A DNA stretch of 64,000 nucleotides from an uncultured Myxococcales bacterium (GTDB lineage: Bacteria > Myxococcota_A > UBA9042). The notes below the pieces were generated by a model. It worked only from the letters and a program-made list of their open reading frames with translations. It ran no database searches and had not been told where the DNA came from. Both the position numbers and the translations under genes were made by a program. Position 1 is the stretch's first letter; each line of letters starts with the position of its first letter. Below, piece by piece: positions 50,249 through 58,430 of the stretch. The stretch lies in NCBI GenBank assembly GCA_903850505.1, contig CAINLT010000126.1:22534-86533 (forward strand). The letters are read 5' to 3'.

Positions 50249-51199
50249 TCAGCCCAGCCAGAGGTGCAGGGTGACTTCCTCGTGCGCCGATGCAAAGCCA
50301 TTGCGGGCATGCACGCGCGCGGACACGTGGTTCTTGGTCGAATAGCCGGAATCGATGTGGCTCGCGCCCATCCGTTTCATCAGCACCATCGCGCCGTGAA
50401 AGAGCGCGTGGCCCATGCCGCGGCCGCGCATTTCGCCGTTGAGCACCAGCAGCCGCATGTGGCCGTAGCGGTAGCCAAGCGGCGTCTGGCCCTCGGGCTC
50501 GACGCTGAACTGGAAGAAGCCCTGCACGTGGCCCTCCTCCTCGATCACCGCCAGCGGCGTCTGGTTCTGCCACGCCGTCTCCAGCCATCTGCCGTACATC
50601 GAATCGACATCCCGCTTGGCAAACCCGGTGTTGCAGTAGAGATGCCCGCGCGGATACGCCCAGCGCTGGGCGAGCTCCACGACGCGTGGCAGATCGCGCG
50701 CGTTCATCACGCGCACCCGCGGGTCCGGATCGTCCGGCAAGTGCGCCGTCGGCGCCACCGGCCAAATGACGTTGTCCATGTAGCGAAATCCCGCGTCCTC
50801 CAGCGCGTGCAGCACCGGCAATTGGTCGCCGTTGACGCGCGTCGAGACAAACCGCACTTGTTTGTCGTGCAGCAGCGCCCGGGCTTCAAGCAGCAGGACC
50901 GCGAGTTGCTGCTGCAGGTCGGGCACGTCCGCCGCCAGCAGCACCTGAAGCGTCGCCATGCCGAAGCCAAAATGGTTGCGGTCCCAAGTCGAATCGCGCA
51001 CGGCGAGGATGACCGCGTCGTGCGTCAGGAAGTGCACGTGCGGATCGGCCGCCAGCTGCGTGAGGCGCTGCCGCCAGTAGCCCTGCCACAGCGGCGGATC
51101 AGCGTGCAGCGCGGGGTAGTGGCGAAACGGATCAAACGGACTCTGCGCCAGATGGCGATCGGCGACGGCGAGCAGATCGGGTATTTCAGCGGTGAGCAT
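50249..51199 (-). CDS. GNAT-family acetyltransferase with tandem GNAT-like folds
   Basis: ORF 50249..51409(-). Start at MLTAEIPDLL, because the upstream part overlaps the next gene. C-terminal acetyl-CoA-binding-like motif NGEMRGRGMGHALF. Confidence 0.6.
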   Translation of the reverse strand: MLTAEIPDLLAVADRHLAQSPFDPFRHYPALHADPPLWQGYWRQRLTQLAADPHVHFLTHDAVILAVRDSTWDRNHFGFGMATLQVLLAADVPDLQQQLAVLLLEARALLHDKQVRFVSTRVNGDQLPVLHALEDAGFRYMDNVIWPVAPTAHLPDDPDPRVRVMNARDLPRVVELAQRWAYPRGHLYCNTGFAKRDVDSMYGRWLETAWQNQTPLAVIEEEGHVQGFFQFSVEPEGQTPLGYRYGHMRLLVLNGEMRGRGMGHALFHGAMVLMKRMGASHIDSGYSTKNHVSARVHARNGFASAHEEVTLHLWLG

Positions 51200-51323
51200 C
51201 GGGCCCTCTATACACGTCGACCGGAGTTCGAGATGCGTCGCCTGCGATCCAGGCTCGCCATGCCAGTCTGGCGTGCAGCAGGTCTGACCGACGAACTTTG
51301 CCAAGGGAAGAAGATCGGCAGGT

Positions 51324-53069
51324 TCAGGGTGCGCCGCAGACTTTTTTGTTCTTCCAGTCAAACGCCTTGTCCAGAACGCCAAGAAAGGCTGCGGGATCGC
51401 CCGCGTCAACGCCCAACAGGTGGCCGCCGCCGCTCATCGCCAGATGCCAGGAGTTGATGATGTCGGCGTCGGTTGTGGAGCCGATGTCGACGATGTACAG
51501 GCGCACGCCAAATGCCTTGCCGTCGGGCGAGCGCAGGACGTTGTTGCTGGCGGAGGTGGCGACGGCGGAGATGCCGGGTCGCGGGTCGCGCACGCAGTAG
51601 GCAGGGCAGTACAGGCCGGACGTGGGATCGGGCTTGCAGACCTTCTGCGGATCGGTGGAGTTGCAGTGCGCGGACAACAGCGGGTCGCAAGGCGTGGCGC
51701 CGTCGCTGCAGAAATACGCGAGGCCAGTGGGATCGGCCTTGGCCTGGCATTGCTGGTGGCTCGCGCACTTGCCGCCGACGCCGCAGTCCGCGTCGATGCT
51801 GCACGGTTTGTCGTCGACGGACTCCTTGGAGCCGGTCCAGCCGGTGCCGGTCTTGCTGCATTGGAAGACCTGCTGGCATGTGGCGCCGCCGACACAGTCG
51901 CTGTCCGTGATGCAGCCGAGGCCGGTGGACAGGCGCTTGGCCTGCACCCACGGGCCAAAATACGTGTTGCTCGACGATTCGCCGCCGTCGGTGAACAGCA
52001 CGACAACAGTGTCGCGGCACGAGCGGGCCGGGTCGACGCACGCGCCGTTCTGGCACAAGTAGTTGACGCTGCCGCAGTCGGCGTCGGCGGTGCACTTCTT
52101 GCCGTCGACGATGACCTTGTTGCGCAGGTATTCACCGACGTAGAACAGCGTCTTGCCAAGCGGCGTGCCGCCATCCGCGCGCAACTCCGGGTCGCTGGGC
52201 TGGCTCTCCGTGCCGTCCATCCACTTGCCGATCGCGGCCTTGCTGTTGAAGCCGCTCACGCTTGGGTAGGCCACGGCCAGGACTTCGCCAAAATTCTTGT
52301 TGAACCAGCTCGTCGTGCTGTCCACGCCTTGCTCGCCGTTGTCGCCGCTCACGGTGTCCTGGCCGCTGTAGGAGCCACTGTCGCACGACTTGGAGCCGAC
52401 GTTGTCGACCGTCTGCGGGAACTTGAAGAGCGCGAGGTGGGTCACCTGGTCGTCGAGCTTGGCCAGTGCCTGCTTGAACACGCCTTTGGAGACGCCGATG
52501 CGCGTGCAGCCGTTGGGGTACTTCGTGGCGTCGTATTCGCACTTCGGCCACGGGTCGTAACTGGCGCAGTTCTTGACCCCGGACTTGTTGGTCACGTCGG
52601 TGGACATCGAGCCGGACGTGTCAAAAGCGATGATGAGGTTGGCGCCGACGGCCTTGCACGCGCCGTTGACGCAGGCGGTGCCGGGGAAGCACGCCGACAC
52701 CGAGTAGCCGTCGCCGCCGCCGAGGCATGTGGCGAGCTTGATGCCCTGGCAAGTCTGCGTGCCGGGCGTGCAACTGACGACTTCCGCGGCATCGTCGCCC
52801 GCGTCGGCGTCGTTCGCAGCGTCGACAGCCGCATCCGTGCCAGCGGTGTCCAAGGCGGCGTCAGCGGTGTCGGCAACGGCGCTTGCATCCGCGGCGATGT
52901 CGGCGATCGCGTCAGTCAGCGTATCGGCGTCGGCGAGGTCCGTTGCGGCATCCGCGGCCACGTCGGGCGCACTGGTGCCAGGCGCGGTGGCGGCTTGGCT
53001 GCAGGCGACAGTCGCGAGTGCGAGACCGAGCGCGGTCAAACGCGCGCCAAAGGAGGCAAATGAGGGCAT
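51324..53069 (-). CDS. VWA-domain lipoprotein with Cys-rich modules and D/A-rich linker
   Basis: Lipobox LATVAC. MIDAS motif NLIIAFDTSGSMS. VVVLFTDGGESS. Multiple C-x-x-C modules (CQNGACV, CQQVFQC, CGVGGKC). Confidence 0.7.
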   Translation of the reverse strand: MPSFASFGARLTALGLALATVACSQAATAPGTSAPDVAADAATDLADADTLTDAIADIAADASAVADTADAALDTAGTDAAVDAANDADAGDDAAEVVSCTPGTQTCQGIKLATCLGGGDGYSVSACFPGTACVNGACKAVGANLIIAFDTSGSMSTDVTNKSGVKNCASYDPWPKCEYDATKYPNGCTRIGVSKGVFKQALAKLDDQVTHLALFKFPQTVDNVGSKSCDSGSYSGQDTVSGDNGEQGVDSTTSWFNKNFGEVLAVAYPSVSGFNSKAAIGKWMDGTESQPSDPELRADGGTPLGKTLFYVGEYLRNKVIVDGKKCTADADCGSVNYLCQNGACVDPARSCRDTVVVLFTDGGESSSNTYFGPWVQAKRLSTGLGCITDSDCVGGATCQQVFQCSKTGTGWTGSKESVDDKPCSIDADCGVGGKCASHQQCQAKADPTGLAYFCSDGATPCDPLLSAHCNSTDPQKVCKPDPTSGLYCPAYCVRDPRPGISAVATSASNNVLRSPDGKAFGVRLYIVDIGSTTDADIINSWHLAMSGGGHLLGVDAGDPAAFLGVLDKAFDWKNKKVCGAP

Positions 53070-53264
53070 GAGCAGGACTTCCGCAGCCGCGCAACGCGGC
53101 GCGTCAGAGCGTACCGGTTTTGCGCGGCTTGCGGAAGCTTGGAGTTAGGCGTCGTGCAGCAAGAACCTGTCGTCGCTTGTCGCTGGGTCGCCAAGTGCGC
53201 CCGCGGCGCGATACGTCCGGCGAAACACGGCTGGGACTTGACCGACGTGCTCTTGCAGGAGCCC

Positions 53265-55268
53265 TTACTTGGTCGGGGCAGCGGCCGGAGCCGGCGCTTG
53301 CGGCGCACCTAGCGGGCCCGGAGCGGGCGCACCCGGAGCGGCGGCCGGTGCCGGCATCGCAGCGGCCTTGGCGGCAGCGATGAGCGTGACGGGCACGTTC
53401 AGCTCGCAGCCCCAGGACTTGATGCGGTTCTGGCAGACAGCGACGACGCCGCGGTCAGTCGGCAGCGACGGAACCTGCGGGAACGCGGTCTTGAACGCCG
53501 CCATCGCGATGCCGGGGTTGGCGTACATCACGCCCCACGCACCAGCGACTTTCTCGGTCGACGCCTTGTAGACCGGCGCATCAGCCAGACCGCCCACTTT
53601 GCCGGCGGCGAAGCGCTTGCCCTGCTCGAGCGCGCCCGGACCGACCGCCAGGGCCAGCTTGGTCTTGCTCGTGCACAGCGCGAGCGCCGTCTTGTCGCCC
53701 GCGAGCGCCTTGGCCGTCGCGCCTTCTTCACCGGTCGCCAGCTTGGTCCAGTCAAAACCGACGTCCAGCGTGTCGCAGTTCGTGTCGCCGTCCTGCGCCG
53801 TACCCAACGTCAGCGTCACGCCCTTTTCTTTCAGCATCGGGCCAAACGCCGCAACGATGGGCTCCAGCTTCATCTCCGCAACAGCCTTCTTGACGATGGC
53901 CATCTGCGGATCCGCCGGCTTGTCGACGCCGCCAGCGGCAGCCTTGTCGGCCGCTTCCTGCTCGGCGATCAGCTTGGTCAGGACGCCAGAAATGATCTTC
54001 TTGGTCAGCGTCAGCACCTGCGGACCGTCGGTCGCGCCCACGCCAATCAGCAGGCCCAGCGGCGACGGGCCGTCCTGGTACAGCGCGAACGCGCTCAGGC
54101 CGTCTTCCAGCTTGGCAACGGTCGTCACGTCCGCCAGGAACGCCTTGTACGCCGCGTCATCGAGCTTCAGGATGTCCTTCAACATCGCGAGGTTTTCGTC
54201 CAGACCTTCAATCTGCGACGCCGGATCGATGCTCGCCGACATGCTCAGCCAGCTCGACGCGGGCAGCAGGTTGGTGATCGCGTTCGGCGTGTGGTGCTTG
54301 GTGCTCGCGAACTGCTTGGCGGTCTTGCTGCCTTCCTTGGCGGTCAAGCGGAATTCCGCCTTGGTGTTGTCGGCATCGGCGCTGATGATGATTTCCAGGC
54401 GCGTCAGCTCGGTCGTGAGCGCGCGCAGCTTCTTGGCGTAGCCCGCGAACAGCTGGGCCTGACCCGCCGGCTGACCGGCCATGCCGGGCGCCGAACCCTG
54501 CTCAACCATTGACAGGACCTGCTCGATCTCCTTGCCGCGCGTCTTGGTCAGGTCCTCGACCGAAATGCCGAGGTAGATGCTGCCCGGCACGGTGATCTTG
54601 TCGAGGCGCTCGATGAAGCCTTTGACCTTGGCGAAGCGATCCTTGGGCGTCAGCACCATCGTCTTGTCGCCGAGGAAGTCGACGTAGACCTTCGTGCCCT
54701 GCACGTCGATCATCGCCTCGTGGCCTTCCGCTTCCGCGCCCTTCTTGGCGGCGGCCATCGCGCCGATGGCCTTGGTCTTGTCGGTCACGTGCAGCACGAT
54801 GAACGTGCCGAGCGCCGGATTCGGCGGCGTCGCTTCTGCACCCGGCGCGGCGGGCGTCGCTTCATCCTGGTAGCCCAGGTGAATCGGCTTGGTCTTGTCC
54901 AGCCAATCGGTGCCGGTGATGCCGTAGGCGGCGAGAATCGTTGTGAAGTTTTCCGTGACGATGGCCTTGACGGAACCGCCCGGCGCCGTCAACTGCAGCT
55001 TGCTCGCCAGCGCGTCGGCGGCGTTCAGCGCGGCGTCGTAGCTCGCGAGCGACACCCAACCGACAACGCCGTCGCCAGCGACCAGCTCAACGTCCGGCAG
55101 CTCCGGCGCGGGCGGCGGGGCGGCAGGCGCTTCCGGCTTTTGGGCGGCGGCAGCGGTCGCGGACGCCTCAGCCTTCTTGGGCTCGTCTTTCTTGCAGCCG
55201 GCGGAGGCCAGCAGCGCGGACGTCGTCAGCACGGCGATAACCGTGGAATTCCAGCGATTCTTGAACAT
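53265..55268 (-). CDS. hypothetical ~665-aa lipoprotein
   Basis: ORF 53265..55385(-). Start MFKNRWNSTVIAVLTTSALLASAGC. A/K/T-rich. C-terminal AP-rich tail. Confidence 0.55.
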   Translation of the reverse strand: MFKNRWNSTVIAVLTTSALLASAGCKKDEPKKAEASATAAAAQKPEAPAAPPPAPELPDVELVAGDGVVGWVSLASYDAALNAADALASKLQLTAPGGSVKAIVTENFTTILAAYGITGTDWLDKTKPIHLGYQDEATPAAPGAEATPPNPALGTFIVLHVTDKTKAIGAMAAAKKGAEAEGHEAMIDVQGTKVYVDFLGDKTMVLTPKDRFAKVKGFIERLDKITVPGSIYLGISVEDLTKTRGKEIEQVLSMVEQGSAPGMAGQPAGQAQLFAGYAKKLRALTTELTRLEIIISADADNTKAEFRLTAKEGSKTAKQFASTKHHTPNAITNLLPASSWLSMSASIDPASQIEGLDENLAMLKDILKLDDAAYKAFLADVTTVAKLEDGLSAFALYQDGPSPLGLLIGVGATDGPQVLTLTKKIISGVLTKLIAEQEAADKAAAGGVDKPADPQMAIVKKAVAEMKLEPIVAAFGPMLKEKGVTLTLGTAQDGDTNCDTLDVGFDWTKLATGEEGATAKALAGDKTALALCTSKTKLALAVGPGALEQGKRFAAGKVGGLADAPVYKASTEKVAGAWGVMYANPGIAMAAFKTAFPQVPSLPTDRGVVAVCQNRIKSWGCELNVPVTLIAAAKAAAMPAPAAAPGAPAPGPLGAPQAPAPAAAPTK

Positions 55269-55409
55269 GTGAGCCTCTTCTTGGGGCGATTCCAAAGGAT
55301 AGATTCGTTGCGGCGGCAGGACGTCCACACGCGCACTTTGCCGATCGGGCGCGGGAGTATAGGCGCACAAGGCTGCAATGTGCAAGCGGACTTTGGTACT
55401 GACAGGCTG

Positions 55410-56966
55410 CTACGCCAACGTCGGGCCGGACTCGACCAGATGCCGTGGCGCCAGCGCGCCGGTGCGCGCGTCGATCGCGGAAGAGCCCAGCGTCGCGGTC
55501 CGTCGGCCTGCTGGCTCAGCGGAGAGCGCCCGCAGCGCCGCACACAGCGGCGTTTCCCGGTGCGGATGCGCCGCCAGCGCCTGGAATTCATCCACGGCCG
55601 CCGTCATCAGGGCGATCGCGCGCGCTGCGTCAACGGCCTGCGGCGCCACATCGCTGAGCGCCGCCTCCAGCAGTTGGGCGCACAAGGGCTGCTCCGGCAG
55701 CGCCAGCAGGAAATAGGCGCGCAGGACGGCAATCGCGCGCTCGCCGTCGTGCTTGTGCATCGCCGCGACGATCTTGGCGATTTCCGGGCCGTGGTCCCAC
55801 GTCTGGTGCAGCTGCGCTGGATCAGGCAGGGCCAGGCGGTCGCGCTCGGGCGCATCGAGCGCTGCGGAAGCATGCACGAGGCCGACGGCAAACAGGTAGA
55901 GAGGCAGCCACTGCTCGGCCGTCAAGTCGGCGCGCAGACGGCGCACGGCAGACGTGAGGATCAGGAGCTGCATCGCGTCCGCGCGGTCTTCGACGACCGA
56001 CTCGTCGTTTTGCCAGCGGGGATCAAACCGCAGCAACCGTTCAGACGCCGCGAGCGAGAGGGATTGCGCGAGGACGTCATGCGGCACGCCGAACTCCAGC
56101 GCCTTGACGGAAGCGCGGTAGGGCGCATCGCCTTTGCCATCGAGCACGTGCGGGCGAAATTTCGGCTCCGCAAACGCCTTGCCCTTCTCCGGATTCTCGG
56201 CTGCCGCCATCGCGGCAAAACGCCCGGACACAGCGGCAATGCGCGCGGCGTGGTGGCGCGTGTAGGCCAGGTGCTCCGGCCGTTCCGCCAGAGCGCGGGC
56301 AAAGCGCGGCAGGATGGCTGCCACACCGGCTTCACCGGCGGCCGCGCGCAGGTCGGCCAAGCGCGTGACCGCCAGGACCGTCACGCCGCCATCGCCGGGA
56401 TTGGCAGCGGCCAACGTCAACAAGTCGTGCTCGATTTCCGCCAGCGGTCGACCTGCGGCAATTGCCGCCGCCGCGCTGGATTCCGCCGCCGCGCCGCGCC
56501 GTGCTGCCACATGCGCCGCAAGTTCAGTCGCGCTGCCGTCGCCTGCCGCCGTCGCGGGGGCCAGCACGGTCCGACCGCCCAGGCGCTCGGCCACCAGCGT
56601 CGCCGCCACCAGCCACGGCAACGCCGCGCGGGCCGGGTCAAAATCGCTCGCAGCGCGCAGCGCGTCGGCGAGAGCCAGCCACGCCGGATCCAGCATGCCG
56701 CCCGGCCGATTGGCCACCCACGCGCCCAGCGCGCCCGCGAGCACGTCTGTCCGCCGCCCGCGCGCGTGCCAGTCGATGATTTCCGCGGCGATGCGGCTGC
56801 CATCGGCAAAGCGCATCGCCTCATCCAGCGCCGCCAGCACAGCGTCGTCCGTGCGCATTTCCAGCGACGGCAGCAACGGCTGGGTCAGCGGCCGGCCAAG
56901 GTGGTCCAGCCAAGGGCCGACGCCTTGCTTGGCGGGAAGCTGCACCTGTTTGGGCGTGTGTCGCAT
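55410..56966 (-). CDS. hypothetical 518-aa Ala/Leu-rich protein coupled to the sigma-54 activator
   Basis: Start 1 nt downstream of the stop of the NtrC-like gene. No recognisable motifs. Confidence 0.5.
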   Translation of the reverse strand: MRHTPKQVQLPAKQGVGPWLDHLGRPLTQPLLPSLEMRTDDAVLAALDEAMRFADGSRIAAEIIDWHARGRRTDVLAGALGAWVANRPGGMLDPAWLALADALRAASDFDPARAALPWLVAATLVAERLGGRTVLAPATAAGDGSATELAAHVAARRGAAAESSAAAAIAAGRPLAEIEHDLLTLAAANPGDGGVTVLAVTRLADLRAAAGEAGVAAILPRFARALAERPEHLAYTRHHAARIAAVSGRFAAMAAAENPEKGKAFAEPKFRPHVLDGKGDAPYRASVKALEFGVPHDVLAQSLSLAASERLLRFDPRWQNDESVVEDRADAMQLLILTSAVRRLRADLTAEQWLPLYLFAVGLVHASAALDAPERDRLALPDPAQLHQTWDHGPEIAKIVAAMHKHDGERAIAVLRAYFLLALPEQPLCAQLLEAALSDVAPQAVDAARAIALMTAAVDEFQALAAHPHRETPLCAALRALSAEPAGRRTATLGSSAIDARTGALAPRHLVESGPTLA

Positions 56967-58412
56967 TCAGGACTCCGTGGTTTCGTCTGAAGTGTCGTCA
57001 TCGGTGCGCGTTCCGCCGAATTCGTCGAGGCGACGGTACAGCGTGCGGACCGCCATGCCCAGCAGCCCAGCCGCGCGCCGTTTGTCGCCGGCCGTCAGGC
57101 GGAGCGTCTCGGTGATCAGCAGCCGCTCCACTTCTTCCAGCGGCGTGCCGACGGCGATGTGCAGGACCCGGCTCGGCCCTTCGGTCTCGACGCGTGCGAT
57201 GCGCTCGGGCAACTCCGCCAGCGTGATGATTTCCGTGCGCGCCAGCACCACAGCGCGTTCCATCGCATTTTCAAGTTCGCGCACGTTGCCCGGCCAGGTC
57301 CACGCCTGGAGCGCGGCCATCGCGTCCGGGGCGATCGCGGTCACGGCCTTGCCATTTTGGACGGCGAAACGCCGCAGGAAGTGCATCGCGAGGCCCGGGA
57401 TGTCCTCGCCGCGCGCGCGCAACGGCGGCAGTTCGATGGCGATGACGTGCAGGCGATAGAACAGGTCGGCGCGGAAACGGCCGGCTTGCACTTCCGCCTC
57501 CAAATCGCGGTTGGTCGCCGCCACGACGCGCACGTCGACGCGCTGCGACTGCGCTGAACCGACGCGCTGCACCTCGGACTCCTGCAACGCCCGCAGAAGC
57601 TTGGCTTGCATCCCCAACGGCAGCTCGCCCACTTCGTCGAGCAGCAGCGTGCCGGTATCCGCCTGCTGAAAACGGCCGTCCGTACGCGCAATGGCGCCGG
57701 TGAAAGCGCCGCGCTCGTGGCCAAAAAGCTCGGATTCGACGAGCGATTCTGGAATTGCCGCACAGTTCACGGCGACAAACTGCCCCGTGCGACCGCTGAG
57801 CCGATGCAGCGCGCGGGCGAACACCTCTTTGCCCGTGCCGCTCTCGCCTTGCAGGAGGACGGTCGTGCGCGCCGGCGCCACTTGGCCCAACAGGTCGATC
57901 GCGCGTCGCACCGCCGGGCTGTGACCGACGATGTCGCGACGCTGGCCGGCGAGCGCCAGTTCCTCGCGCAGCGCGGTATTTTCCCAATGCAGCCGAGAAC
58001 GTTCCAGTGCGCGGCCGACGGATCGCACCAGCTCGGCGCGCCGCAGCGGCTTGGTCACAAAATCATAGGCGCCGGCTTTCATGGATTCCACGGCGGTTTC
58101 CACCGTGCCGTAGGCCGTCATGACGACGACCGCCGTCGATGGCGTGGTCCGCTGCACAGCGCGCAGCAGTTCCAGGCCATCGACGCCGGGCATCATCAAA
58201 TCCGTGACGAGCACCGCCACGCGTTCCCGCCGCAGCGCCGCAAGGGCCTCGCGGCCATCGGCGACGGCGAGCGTCGGCCACCCTTCACGCTGCAGGATCT
58301 TCTGCACGCTCTGGAGGTTGGCCGCGTCGTCGTCGACGATGAGCACGACGGGCGCGTCAGCGTCCACCGCAACCGGCTTGGGCAACTCAGCATGCGGATC
58401 CGCAACGGCCAT
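56967..58412 (-). CDS. NtrC-family sigma-54-dependent response regulator (REC-AAA+-HTH)
   Basis: REC VVLIVDDD...LVTDLMMPGVDG. Walker A GESGTGKE. GAFTGA. ESELFGHE. C-terminal HTH. Confidence 0.9.
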   Translation of the reverse strand: MAVADPHAELPKPVAVDADAPVVLIVDDDAANLQSVQKILQREGWPTLAVADGREALAALRRERVAVLVTDLMMPGVDGLELLRAVQRTTPSTAVVVMTAYGTVETAVESMKAGAYDFVTKPLRRAELVRSVGRALERSRLHWENTALREELALAGQRRDIVGHSPAVRRAIDLLGQVAPARTTVLLQGESGTGKEVFARALHRLSGRTGQFVAVNCAAIPESLVESELFGHERGAFTGAIARTDGRFQQADTGTLLLDEVGELPLGMQAKLLRALQESEVQRVGSAQSQRVDVRVVAATNRDLEAEVQAGRFRADLFYRLHVIAIELPPLRARGEDIPGLAMHFLRRFAVQNGKAVTAIAPDAMAALQAWTWPGNVRELENAMERAVVLARTEIITLAELPERIARVETEGPSRVLHIAVGTPLEEVERLLITETLRLTAGDKRRAAGLLGMAVRTLYRRLDEFGGTRTDDDTSDETTES

Positions 58413-58430
58413 CCGAGCCTCTTTTGCCGC

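Noticed and set aside
54720-56990. 756-aa ORF on + strand
   Set aside because: It is antisense to the lipoprotein and the 518-aa gene. Extremely Arg-rich product.
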